From Nemertoderma westbladi (lineage: Eukaryota > Animalia > Xenacoelomorpha), in assembly GCA_032718475.1 (NCBI GenBank), contig JAUCBJ010007147.1, forward strand, positions 44,083 to 108,082: a stretch of DNA of 64,000 bases. The letters are read 5' to 3'. Made by a program: the position numbers and the translations under genes. Positions 1 through 11,646 of this stretch are shown here, piece after piece. The first letter of the stretch is position 1, and the number at the start of each line of letters is the position of its first letter. A model generated the notes under the pieces. The model was not told the DNA's origin and ran no database searches. It saw nothing but the letters and a program-made list of their open reading frames with translations.

Positions 1-1
1 G

Positions 2-3000
2 GCGGATCACTACAGGCCGAAACCAGAGCACAATACATCAAACGCATTGCCGAGGCTCAGGCAATCATTGCCATACGCAGCGACGCAGGGGACTGCAAGT
101 CCACAGGCAAACGAAGATAAGACAACATCATGGAACGGACAGGGGAACAATAACAACATGAATAAACATAACCCCAGTACGTCCAGTAGGCCAAACCCAG
201 TCAATAAGAATAGTAGGGACTTTGGTACGAATATAACTGCGATACGCAATGCATTGTATAAAGAGGGCTACGACCCAAAGAGCAAATGCCAGTTACACGC
301 AAATGCGCTTCATAAAACCATGAACTGCAGGTAATGGCAGGCGCTACCGAGGCAAGACCAGATAGATTACGCGTCGAGCAATAAAATCTGCTCGCGATGT
401 GTGAAGAGTGGACACAAGGCCAGGGAATGCCAAGAGAAGCCGGTCAAGTTTGGCCAAAGGAGAGGCCAAACGATGGCAACGAGCACGGTAGGGGCGAAGA
501 AGAGAGGCACGGTGTTACTTGGAGTAGTACCGGTGCGAGTGATCGGGGAAGGCAATCGATCAGTAACAACACTAATGCTGGTTGATAGTGGAGCTGCCTT
601 CACATTAGTCGAGGAATGGGTAGCCGAAGAAATAGGATTGAGAACAAGGCCAAGCAGAATGGCGGTAACAACCATCTCTAGCAAAGATGAGATCCTAGAG
701 ATGAGGACAGGACGGTGCGCAATTGCAGCAGTGGCACCAGGATGCGATTATGGGGCAACCATCGACCCCATCCAAGTAATAGAGTCAATTAACATCAATG
801 CCAGGCGGCCAACCAACATCGAGGTCGAGCAATACAAATTCCTGGACGACATTGACTTCTCGATCCCAGACGTGGACGTTAGGAAGGTATCCATCATAGT
901 AGGAATGGACTGCCCGACGGCCCACGAAAGAATGCAAACGGTCTTCGGCGAAGACAAGCAGAGTGACCCGGTGGCCATATTAACACCATTCGGGTGGACG
1001 CTGAGTGGTCCAATTAAGAGCAAGATACCATTCAGGATGTCGGAGACATCAGGATGCATGTTCGCGGGAACAATGCAGGAAATGGGTGATGAGGGAGCAG
1101 AGGAGCAGCTTAAAAGACTGCTCAGACAAGACTTTGAGGGACTGAAAGAGACCGGGGTCGGGACCTCGGTAGAAGACAAGCAGGCTCTACAAAGCGTGGA
1201 GGAATCGATGACGTGTGATGAGGGGCGGTATACAATAGGAATGGTATGGAAACTACCGAAAATACCGCTACCCAATAATAGAGGGATGGTACTCACGAGA
1301 CTCCGCAAGCTGAAACAAACACTAAAACGGAGCCCCGAGAAGAACGAGTACATTCACAAAACGATTAAGAAGTACGTTGAGAAAGGATGGGCCGTGGAGT
1401 TACCGGTCGACGAGCCGAACACGGACAGGACATACTACCTGCCACTCCACGTAGCTTTAGACCCAAAGAAAGGTCAACTTAGGATGGTAGTCGATGCATC
1501 GGCAAAGACCGACGGAAAGTGCTTAAACGACTACCTACTAGAGGGCCCAAACATATACAATTCGGGCATAGAAGTACTACTTAGATTTAGGAATGGGAAA
1601 CACGCCTTCACGTGCGACATAGAAGGCATGTTCAACCAAGTCCGTGTAACAGAGGAAGATAGCGACAGTCAACGCTTCTTATGGTATAACGGCGAGGAAG
1701 AACCGCCTATAATACCGGCATATAAGATGGTAGTACAAAACATGGGGGCCAAGTCGTCCTCATTTACGACGACTATGGCAGTGAGAGACACGGTCAAGGG
1801 GAAGGAAGATAGATACAGCAGTAGGGCCGTCGATATGATCCGACGCGGCTTCTACGTAGACGACGGTATGGAGTCTGGAAATACGGTTGAGGAGATACTG
1901 GAAACAGGGCGCGAGGTTCGCGACATCCTGAAAGGATCCGGCTTCAACCTGACCAAATTCCAATCCAGTTCAGAAGAATTTATCAAGGCAATAGAGGACA
2001 AGAAACCAGAATCGACCATGGACAACCCTACAACAGCCAAAGGACAGGACATGGCGAATAATAGAACACAATCTCAGCAAAAGGCATTGGGAATCGTGTG
2101 GGATAGAGGAACAGACGAACTGAAGTATCAGCTGAGCCAGGAGGGCGCAGACACCCATACGAAGAGGGGTTATGTATCGTATATAGCAAGGATATACGAT
2201 CCCCTAGGCCTAGCATCCCCATTACTAGTCACGGGGAAACAGATACTCAAGAGAGTATATAAATTGAAAGATGAGTGGGACGTAGAGGTACCAGAGGACA
2301 TCAAGAAACAGTGGAGCAAATGGACAGGAGACTTGGAGAGGATGGGAACATACAACATGCCGCGAGTGTATTTTCCGGATGGGAACATGACGAATCTGGA
2401 CCTACACATGTTCTCCGACGCGTCGTTGGAAGCGTACGGAGCGGCACTCTACTTAGTACAACGAGAAGGGGCTCACAAGCCAAGGCTAGCCTTTAGCAAA
2501 GCAAAGTCAACGCCGCCAGATTCAGCATCTGTTCCCAAGTTAGAATTGACAGCTGCGAGACTAGGAGTAAGAGCCACAGCCTACCTAGTGGATACTATTC
2601 CCAACATAGTGGAGACACACTACTGGACGGACTCCATGGTAGTGCTTGGTTGGCTACACAACGAAAAGACGAGATACCCGATATTCGTCGCGAATAGAGT
2701 GGACGAAATCAGGGCGAGCACAGAACTGGAAAGGTGGCACTACTGCCCAACAGACGAGAACCCAGCGGACTTGCTGTCGAGGGGCGTGGAACGCCACACT
2801 TTCTTAAAGAAGGAAGTATTGTGGCAACATGGGCCACAATTTCTGAGTGATAAAGAGGCCTGGCCGCCAATGAGAAAGGTGGAGCCGGGCTCAGAAGTGG
2901 TGTCAGAGGGAGAAGAGGGAGACTCAGAGGGAGAAGAGATATACTCCCAGATGGTAAGGGAGATTAGGGACGTGCAACCAAAGCAAGAACTATGCGATAA

Positions 3001-4492
3001 CCCGACGGACAAACTCCTCAGCTACAGTTCTAGTTGGTACAAGACCAAGAAACTAGTGGCGTACTGGAGAGCTTTCGGGAATTTCCTCGCGGGAGTTAAT
3101 AAGGAGAAGAAAACCAGGGAAACCATAGATCTGGAAGGAGCGGCCAAGGCAATAATCCGCTACGAACAACGGAAGAACTACAGCAACGATGTGGAACGTG
3201 TCGGCAACCAACAGCACCTCTGACGGGACAGCGAGTTGATTACGCTATCGCCACAACTCAACGACGATGGGATTCTAGTAATGAATTCTAGGGTGGGATA
3301 TAACAACAGCATAATCGTGCCACCGAAACCCATCATCATTCCCACAGGATCGCCTATAGTCCACCAGATCATATGGGACTCCCACAAATCGATATTGCAT
3401 GGGGGCACCAACCGAACCCTCACAGAGATAAGGAGGACCTATTGGGTCAAACAATTAAGGAAGAAGGTTAAAGCGGTAGTGGGGCAGTGCCAGACCTGCC
3501 GACGGGCGAAGAAGGAACGAGCCATACAGGAGATGGCGCCACTACCGGCGAGTAGGGTAAGGCAGCACGACCCGCCATTTACGCATTGCGGTGTGGACAT
3601 GTTCGGGCCGATAAAGATCAAGGTGATGCGACACACGGAGAAACGCTACGGTATTATCTTCGTATGCAACAATACGCGGGCGGTAGGGATAGAACTCGCC
3701 CAAGATGCAACCGCATCAGCATTCATTAACGCCTTAGAAAGGTTTAGGGACCGCAAAGGTGGGACGATCGCAGTGATATACAGCGACAACGGCACCAACT
3801 TTGTGGGCGCAGAGAGTGAGATGGCAGAAGCCTTGGACATCTTAGAAGGAGAAGAAGTCAGGGCGGCCATGAGAAGACGACAAGTAAAGTGGGAAAGAAG
3901 GACGCCGTATGCACCACATACACTAGGATGCGTCGAGAGACTGGTGGGCAGTTCAAAGCGTCTAATGACGAAGTTAATGAACACCCACATGGTCACTGAA
4001 GACGTCTTACGGACAGTACTTGCGAAGTGCGAGGGGATCATTAATAGCAGACCGCTATATCCGGAGAATGATGACCCTGAGTCATTAGACGTGTTGACGC
4101 CTAGCCATTTCCTGATGGAAAGGCCAGCGACCATCGATATGCGGGGTGTAGACCCAGATGACATACACTCCCGCCAAAGTTGGAAAGTCGCTAAAGCAAT
4201 AAGCGCAGAGTATTGGAGGAGGTGGGTCGAGGAATACCCACCCACGCTCCATAAGCGAAGCAAGTGGAGGAAACCGAACCGGGAGTTAGAAGTAGGAGAT
4301 CTCGTAATCGTTACGGATGATACTATCATCAACAACCAGTGGCGGTTGGCGAGAGTCGTACGCACTTACTCCGATGAGGACGGAAGAGTCCGATCGGTAG
4401 AAGTGCGAATAGGTGGGAAGATAGGTGCGAAGGACAGAAAAACCTACAGGAGAGCGGTAGGTAAATGCTGTCTCCTAGAAGGGGCACCTTAG
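2..4492 (+). pseudogene. BEL/Pao gag-pol polyprotein with two in-frame stops (TAA 332-334, TGA 3221-3223)
   Basis: ORFs 47-334, 401-3223 and 3236-4492 share one frame. Gag knuckle CSRCVKSGHKAREC; protease LVDSGA; RT YYLPLH, CLNDYLLEGP, FYVDD; RNase H FSDAS, PKLEL, WTDS, NPADLLSRG; integrase HHCC, GVDMFGP, SDNGTNFVGA, INSRPL. Confidence 0.95.
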
Positions 4493-4584
4493 AGTGGAGT
4501 TACAGAAAAGTTTAGTCGTCCAAGTTTTGGACTGAGGGGGGCAAGACGCCCTTTCCACACAAATAAAATAAAAATAAAATAAAA

Positions 4585-5205
4585 AATAGTTAGTTAGTTA
4601 GTAGGTACGTAGTGCCTAGAGTTAGAGAGTAGGTACGTAGTACCTAGAGTTAGTTAGTTAGTTAGTAGGTACGTAGTACCTAGAGTTAGTTAGTAGGTAC
4701 GTAGTGCCTAGAGTTAGAGAGTTAGTAGGTACGTAGTACCTAGAGTTAGTTAGTTAGTAGGTACGTAGTGCCTAGAGTTAGAGAGTAGGTACGTAGTACC
4801 TAGAGTTAGTTAGTTAGTTAGCAGGTACGTAGTACCTAGAGTTAGTTAGTAGGTACGTAGTGCCTAGAGTTAGAGAGTTAGTAGGTACGTAGTACCTAGA
4901 GTTAGTTAGTTAGTAGGTACGTAGTGCCTAGAGTTAGAGAGTTAGTAGGTACGTAGTACCTAGAGTTAGTTAGTTAGTAGGTACGTAGTGCCTAGAGTTA
5001 GTTAGTTAGTAGGTACGTAGTACCTAGAGTTAGAGAGTCAGTTAGAGGGTACGTAGTACCGCCAGTTAGAGTTAGAGTTAGAGGGTACGTAGTACCGCTA
5101 GTTAGAGTTAGAGTTAGAGGGTACGTAGTACCGCCAGTTAGAGTTAGAGTTAGTAGGTACGTAGTACCGTTAGTTAGAGTTAGAGGGTACGCAGTACCAT
5201 TAGTT
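4585..5205 (+). repeat. Array of ~19 TAGGTACGTAGT(A/G)CCTA hairpin units separated by (GTTA)n/GAGA linkers
   Basis: Directly visible; period about 28-36 bp; TAGGTAC/GTACCTA is a perfect 7-bp inverted repeat. Confidence 0.9.
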
Positions 5206-5693
5206 AGAAGAGAGAGAGTAAGAGGTAAAAGGGGTAAATAGGATATAGATATTAGTTAGCAGTAAGTAGAGTTAGTAGCGAAAGGGGGGCATGTGAGTAC
5301 AGCTGGGTAAGTCGTGTGGCCACACGACGTATACTGCTGTACTGCATAGGCCCACAAAGTAGGCCAGAATATGGATTAGAGAATAGAATAATCCATAGGC
5401 AGTAATAGGTAGTAAGACAGTAGAATTAAAATAAATAGAATAGGGCTGAAAGTTAGAAAATAGTGGCAACACAAGGGAAGTCGTTCTAGAACATAATAAA
5501 AGTAACGGACAGAAATTGTAAATTAGGCTCATTTACTAGCTTCAAAATTAATTAGGTTAAATTTAGGCTAAAAGGCGCAATTAAGTAGAAAGTAGGCCAT
5601 TATCGAACCGTACGAAACATCTTAATACATCACTCATCTGTATAGCGCCTTGGTAAGGCACCACCCTGCAGGTGAGCGAGTGTAGTGTTCGGA

Positions 5694-8243
5694 ATGGCGA
5701 GTAAGTTGATCAGGAAGAGGAAGGCGGAGTCAGGAGGAAAAGAAATACTGGTGGATTTCACCGAAAGACACCCGGAAGAGAAGACGAGAGAATACTACGA
5801 GAAGTTGGAAAGGGGTCACGCGGCACGAGCGCTGCAGGACCACTTCCGGGAGATGCACGAGCAGCGGCTGGTCGGGACCTACGGAACGCTGTCGCTGGAC
5901 AACGCGATCTTCCAACACTTCCACTACGTGGTGAAAGGGGACGAGGCGAAGTTCGGGATTCCGAAGTATCCGAGGGAATCACCGAGGAAGGACTGGAAGA
6001 GGTTCATAGAGTCCGTCAACAGGGGAGGATATATGATCCTAGATGACGAGGGAACCGTGGAAGACGAGGCGGATTCGAGACGAGGATCAGCGGGGTCGGC
6101 CAGGACCATACTCCTACATTTGGCCGCGCCAAATGGGGACATCTTCCTATTCGATTTAGGGACGTATGGGAAGAAGGACGGGCCGAAACTGAGTCAGTTA
6201 CCGAAAGCGGTACAAGTCTTGGTAAGAGAGAAGTCGACGACGAAAGTGGGATCGGCGATTCGCGAGGATGCGGAAAGGATCATCGGTCCGGACGCCACCA
6301 ACCTCCTGGATATGCAGAAGGTCTTTATGGCTATGACGGCACCGGATGGGTTGGGGCTAGTCGAAAACACAGGTCTATGCGGGGCAGTGGCGATGGGCCA
6401 ACTATTGGGGCTCGTATGTCACAAACCGATGGACTGGGGGAAGTTTAGGGAAGAATACGGAGCAGAACAAGCGAACTCGCTAAAGTGGGGAACGAGACCG
6501 GGAAAGCAGGAGGTATATCAATTTCGCAGAGGAGCGATAAAGGTATATCAGAAGCGATATATCTTGCAAGAAGACTGGATTATGATAAGTTTGCTTAACT
6601 TATTTATGACCGTAGTCATCGAGAGGGAACCAGGAGCATTTCTGTTATCGGGATCACCCCTAAGCTGCAGGAGAGCCTTTAAAGTGGCCTTTGACGGTCT
6701 GGTAGACCACCCGGGGCTGAAGGGCGAGTCGGTGTACTACAACAGCCGACATCTGGTAGACGGGGAGACAGATACACCGTATCAGAGATGGGAGCAGCTA
6801 GAGGCGGACAGACGAGAAGCAAAGCGACTGGAAGAAGTCGCTAGACGGGAGAGGATAGAAGCAGAGGAGAGGGAAGAGGAGGCCAGGGCACAGAGTTACG
6901 GCTTCGAGGAACAGGCGGGCCTAGACGAACTTCATTGGACTTTGTCAGGGAGTTCGGGGGAGTCTCTAGGGCGAGAATTGGGATGGACGGTGGGATCGCC
7001 GAAACAGTCGACGTCGGGGTTGCAAACGATGCCCATACCAGCGGGCGCCGAGGGCGACCAACCGCCAAGGAAGCTAAGGGAGCTAGAGGGATGGAAAGCT
7101 ACGGGCGAGAGCCAAGGCGGGAAAGGACATAGTGGATCCATCGGGATACCGGGATTGGAGACACTACCAGAAGAAGAGGACGACGACGACGAGTTCGGAG
7201 AGATGCCGCCCATCGAGAGGATAGGCCACTCGGACACGGACTGGGTTGGCGGAAGGGTGGTGACGGCCAGTGGGGCGAGGGCCTTCTGGAACAGATCCGG
7301 CAAGCGGACCTGGGTGCACGAGGAGCCGGCGATGGATTTCGCGGGGAGCACCATCAGGTTGGGCGAGCAACCGGGGACGGCACCACGGATAGTATTCGGG
7401 GAGACGATGCCTGAGAGGGGCGGAGAGATCGACGTAAACAGGGAGACCAACGTAGAGAAGTTCGCCTACCAGCGACTCCACAGACTGCGGAGATCGCTTG
7501 GGACGAAAGACGAGGTGGGACGGGAGACATTGGTACTCGGCTGCGACTACTGTGGGAGACAGACCCATCAGGAAAGCAGCTGCCTATACCGGTTCCAAAA
7601 GGGAACCTTTTGTCTCTACTGTAGAGAACCAAGCCACAGGATGGGGGCGTGTCCACGGTTGCACAACCGATGTCCAAAGTGCCACTTTCGGGGACACTAC
7701 GGGCGCGAGTGCGACTGGATGAGCGACGAGGAGAAGTTCACGAGGTTCGAGGAGTGGGCCGACGTCGGGGCCATGACGTGCCAGCGCATGAAGGCCCAAG
7801 AGTTCAAGTGGGGTTTCTTCCTTATCAATCAGGAGACCCACATGGAAATCATAAAGCGGAGGCTACCGTTTACCTACCAAGAGGTAGCAACGGCGGCGTC
7901 GTTCGCCGGAGTTATGAACACGCAACGGTACCTGGACAGGTGGACGCCAGAGAACCGAAGGGAGTTCAGGGATTTCTTGGCGGAGCACGTACCAAAGGCA
8001 ATGAAAATTATCCTATGGGACGCCACTAGAGGGAGACAACCGGGCCATTCTGAGGGGCCACCGGCGAAGCGATATCGGGCACTAATAACACCAGCGCCCA
8101 AGGAGCCAACGACCGGGATTAGCAAGGAAGTGGCGGCGAAGGACCGAAAGCAGAAAGCGGATGATGCCAGAGGAACGGTGATAACCAAGAAACGGCCCAG
8201 GGAAGAGGACGCCAGGGGGAACTACCCCCGGAGGAACAGATAG
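5694..8243 (+). CDS. Retrotransposon accessory protein (~849 aa): WRN/EXD-like DEDD 3'-5' exonuclease + coiled coil + three CCHC zinc knuckles
   Basis: Uninterrupted ORF. ExoI-like MILDDEG, then LLHLA..IFLFDL; ExoII-like LPKAV..KVGSAIRED; LLDMQ; ExoIII-like YILQE. Knuckles CDYCGRQTHQESSC, CLYCREPSHRMGAC, CPKCHFRGHYGREC. Basic NLS-like patches RKRK and KKRPR. Confidence 0.8.
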   Translation: MASKLIRKRKAESGGKEILVDFTERHPEEKTREYYEKLERGHAARALQDHFREMHEQRLVGTYGTLSLDNAIFQHFHYVVKGDEAKFGIPKYPRESPRKDWKRFIESVNRGGYMILDDEGTVEDEADSRRGSAGSARTILLHLAAPNGDIFLFDLGTYGKKDGPKLSQLPKAVQVLVREKSTTKVGSAIREDAERIIGPDATNLLDMQKVFMAMTAPDGLGLVENTGLCGAVAMGQLLGLVCHKPMDWGKFREEYGAEQANSLKWGTRPGKQEVYQFRRGAIKVYQKRYILQEDWIMISLLNLFMTVVIEREPGAFLLSGSPLSCRRAFKVAFDGLVDHPGLKGESVYYNSRHLVDGETDTPYQRWEQLEADRREAKRLEEVARRERIEAEEREEEARAQSYGFEEQAGLDELHWTLSGSSGESLGRELGWTVGSPKQSTSGLQTMPIPAGAEGDQPPRKLRELEGWKATGESQGGKGHSGSIGIPGLETLPEEEDDDDEFGEMPPIERIGHSDTDWVGGRVVTASGARAFWNRSGKRTWVHEEPAMDFAGSTIRLGEQPGTAPRIVFGETMPERGGEIDVNRETNVEKFAYQRLHRLRRSLGTKDEVGRETLVLGCDYCGRQTHQESSCLYRFQKGTFCLYCREPSHRMGACPRLHNRCPKCHFRGHYGRECDWMSDEEKFTRFEEWADVGAMTCQRMKAQEFKWGFFLINQETHMEIIKRRLPFTYQEVATAASFAGVMNTQRYLDRWTPENRREFRDFLAEHVPKAMKIILWDATRGRQPGHSEGPPAKRYRALITPAPKEPTTGISKEVAAKDRKQKADDARGTVITKKRPREEDARGNYPRRNR

Positions 8244-8948
8244 GTTCCCAGAGTCGAGGGGGAGGGACTGGGACTTAGACGTGGTACGCCTGGCAGGCGC
8301 CGCGCGGGATGTACGAACTATTAAGTACAAATTCAATTAATGCAAATAATCATATAAGTGCAATTTGTATGTACGTACGTAGTAATTAGTAATCTAGTAA
8401 AATACATACGTTTGGAGTAAGTACTATAGTCATACAACCTTTCTCAATTAGCTACTGGGACTGGGGGATAACTGACTATGGCACCATGGACGAGACAACT
8501 GACAATTTCACGCTTCTTGAGTGCGACGGCACGAGAGGGGGGGGAGGTTCGTCAGGAGAGATAAAACAGTCACAGTGGAGTTGAGGATCGGAGTAAGAGT
8601 GCGAAGTGCGGAGAGAGTGCGAACGCAATTCTAGTGTGGGGGGGGGGGAGAATAAGAGGCTGAGTGAGGGACGAGGAGGTCCGGGGGTATGAGAGAGTTA
8701 GGGTGAGAGTGGAGGGGAGATAGGGCGAAAGTGTTGGGGAAACAAAAGTCGCGTGAAGAGGTGAGCGCGATCGGCCCGACATGAGACGCCAGGCACACAG
8801 GGTAGCGTTATCATACCCATAAGGGGCGGCCTGGAAAGCCGGCTCCTAGAGAAAAGAATTCCACCCCACACCCGATACTAGATCGGGATCCAGCGGGATT
8901 GTAACGCACTTTTTGGTTGATGCTATCTTCTTACCGGGAAGATAGCAT

Positions 8949-8957
8949 GGGGGGGAG
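8949..8957 (+). other. Polypurine tract of BEL element copy 1
   Basis: GGGGGGGAG immediately 5' of the TG-starting LTR; same arrangement at 11638-11646 and 19951-19959 (minus). Confidence 0.85.
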
Positions 8958-9497
8958 TGTTAGCTTATTCAATCCCGCCAACACCCCATAAAGTTATAAG
9001 CCGATAAGCAATATTGGGAGCCACGAGATTGGGCAATTAACCAACTCGTGCCATCCCAATAAGAGTGGGAAGGAAGCACACAACAAGGGTCAGGGGCCAA
9101 ACCCCTAACCCAGAGGAGATAGGTGGAGTGAACGGGAATACTCCACGGGGCGCCAACAAGGGTATTAACCAATCAGAGGGGGGAAAGGCATCGATTGAGT
9201 AGCAATAAGGCCACCGTGCAATATAACCAATAACCTATTAATCAGTGATTCAGTTATCTCAGTGCAGCAGTGCTAGCGTAGGTTGGTAGTCAATTAGTTT
9301 AGTTAGGGGATCACGGGACTTTAGTTACCGTATCCCGCCTTGTACACATTATATCTATATCTATATCCTATGCCCTATTATTATTATACACCGAACTTCA
9401 GAACTCAGTTACTTTGTTTCATCCTTATACACGGCGGGGACGCGTGGACTAAATTACCACACCGGATAAATCGGGATCCCTCCTGGATCCCGTCACA
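8958..9497 (+). repeat. 3' LTR of BEL element copy 1 (~540 bp, TGT...ACA)
   Basis: TG...CA ends; homologous to 11647-12219 and 19392-19950. Confidence 0.85.
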
Positions 9498-10956
9498 GAC
9501 GGGGAGGTGGATACGCCATATCAGAGGTGGGAGCAGCTAGAGGCGGATAGACGAGAGGCGAAGCGATTGGAAGAAATCGCTAGGCGAGAAAGGAGGGAGG
9601 CAGAAGAAAGGGAGGAGGAAGCAAGAAGGGAAAGCTACGGGTTCGAGGAACAGGCGGCCTTAGATGAACTTCGTTGGAAATCATCAGGGAGTTCGGGCGA
9701 GTCTCTAGGGCGAGAATTAGGGTGGACGGTGGGATCACCAAAACAGTCGACTTCGGGATTGCAGAAGACGCCCATTCCAGCGGGCGCCGAGGGCGATTAC
9801 ACACTGAGGGGGCCAGGGGAGCTGGAAGGATGGAGAATCACGGGCGAAAGCCAAGGCGGGAAGGGACACAGTGGGTCCACCGGGATACTGGGATTGGAGC
9901 CACTCCCAGAGGAGGACGAGGATGACGACGAGTTCGGAGAGATGCCGCCCATCGGGAGGATCGGCCACTCGGACACGGACTGGGTTGGCGGGAGGGTGGT
10001 GACGGCCAGTGGGGCGAGAGCCTTCTGGGATAGACCCGGCAAGCGGGCCTGGGTGCATGAGGAGCCAACGATGGATTTCGCGGGGAGCACCATCAGGTTG
10101 GTCGAGCAACCGGGAACGGCACCACGAGTAGTATTCGGAGAGACGATACCCGGGAGGGGCGAGGAGATAGACGTGGACAGGGATGCTAACGTCCAAAAGT
10201 TCACTTACCAGCGACTCCACAGACCGAGGAGATCGCTTGGGACGAAAGACGACGTGGGGCGTGCTCGGCAGCGATTACTGCGGGAGGCAAACTCACCAGG
10301 AAAGGAGCTGTTTGTACCGATTCCAGAAAGGGACTAGTTGTCTCTACTGCCGCGAGTCGAGCCACAGGATGGGGGCGTGTCCACGGTTGCACAACCGGTG
10401 CTCTAAGTGCAACTTCCTGGGGCACTACGGATGCCAGTGCGACTGGATGGATGACGAAGAGAAGTTTAGGATCTTCGAGGAGTGGGCCGATGTCGGCGCC
10501 ATGACACAGCAGCGTATGAAGGCCCAGGAGTTCCGATGGGGCTTCTTTAATATCAACCAGGAGGCCCACCTGGAGATTATTAAACGGAGACTTCCGTTTA
10601 CCTACCAGGAGGTGTCAACGGCGGCGTCGTATGCCGGGGTGATAAATACGCAGAGGTATTTGGACAGGTGGACGCCACAGAACCGAGGAGAGTTTAGAGA
10701 TTTCTTGGCGGAGCATGTGCCGCGGGCGATGAAAGTGATCCTATGGGACGCCACTAGGGGGAGACAACAGGGCCATTCGGAGGGGCCACCCGCGAGGCAA
10801 TACCAGGAGCTGATAACTAGAGAGGTGAGGGCGAGGGTCAGGAGTCTGAAGGGAGATAAGGCCAAGGGAGCGGCAGCGGCCAGGAAACGACCAAGGGAGG
10901 AGGATGACAGAGGGAAGGAGTTGAGATCGTTCCCAAAGTCAGGTGGAACGAACTAG
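9498..10956 (+). pseudogene. C-terminal part of the exonuclease/zinc-knuckle ORF, copy 2; frameshifted by an ~11-nt deletion near 10260
   Basis: ORFs 9507-10337 and 10183-10956 align with the C-terminal half of 5694-8243. Confidence 0.9.
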
Positions 10957-11646
10957 AACTTGGATGTGGGATGCCTGGAAGGCACCACGTGAGAAGTACG
11001 AACTCCTAAGTGCAAAATTTAATTAATTAAAAGTGCAATTAGTATGTACGTATATAATAATCATTAATTTAGTCAAATAAGTAAATATAATCAAATAAGT
11101 ACTATAGTCATATAACCTTTTCCCATTAGCTACTGGGACTGGGGACCAATTGACTATGACAGAACGAGACACTGGACGACTTCATACTTCTTGAGTGCGA
11201 CGGCACAAAGGGGGAGGGTGAGGCCCGTCAGGAGAGAGTGGGTTGAGATAGGGGTTGAGTACGGAACGCGCGGAGAGAGTGCGGGTGCAATTCAAGCGTG
11301 GGGGGGGGGGGGAGAAGTAGGAGGTAGATTGAGGGACAGGGAGGTCCGAGAGTGAGGGTTGAAGAGAAGTTAAAGTCAGTTAGAGTGGAGAGAGTGTTGG
11401 GGAAACAAAAATTGTGTGAGAGAAAGCCACAATTGGCCCGACACGGGACACCAGATGTCTTGGTGCAGATAGATAAAGTTGCACCAAGACGGGGTAGCGA
11501 TATCATACCCATAGGGAGTGGCCTGGAAAGCCGGCTCGGAAAAAATAACTCCACCCCACACCCGATAGTAGATCGGGCTCCAGCGGAATTGTAGCGCACT
11601 TGAGGTAGATGCTATCTTTCCACCGGGAAGATAGAATGGGGGGGAG

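Larger units (their letters stand above)
1..9497 (+). mobile_element. BEL/Pao LTR retrotransposon (5' part outside window): gag-pol, repeat spacer, extra exonuclease/zinc-knuckle ORF, PPT, 3' LTR
   Basis: PR-RT-RH-IN order with BEL/Pao motifs. PPT GGGGGGGAG followed by TGTTAG at 8958. End GGATCCCGTCACA at 9497 is shared with two other copies. Confidence 0.9.

Noticed and set aside
332-3223. Programmed readthrough at the gag-pol stops
   Set aside because: The stops fall between gag knuckles and within pol rather than at a gag/pol boundary; best explained as nonsense mutations.
748-4365. Long antisense ORFs over pol (748-1353, 3646-4365) and over the exonuclease copies
   Set aside because: Shadow frames of purine-rich coding sequence, with no motifs.
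4585-5205. CRISPR-like array of palindromic repeats
   Set aside because: The spacers are GTTA/GAGA microsatellite rather than unique sequence; no cas genes; eukaryotic retrotransposon context.
7540-7715. Nanos-type zinc finger (CPxL...CPxC resemblance)
   Set aside because: Spacing is Cx2Cx4Hx4C (retroviral-type knuckle), not the longer Nanos CCHC spacing.
5694-8243. env gene or host gene (WRN, EXD2, mut-7)
   Set aside because: No signal peptide or transmembrane segment seen; intronless, multicopy and inside LTR-bounded DNA, so no host gene symbol is justified.
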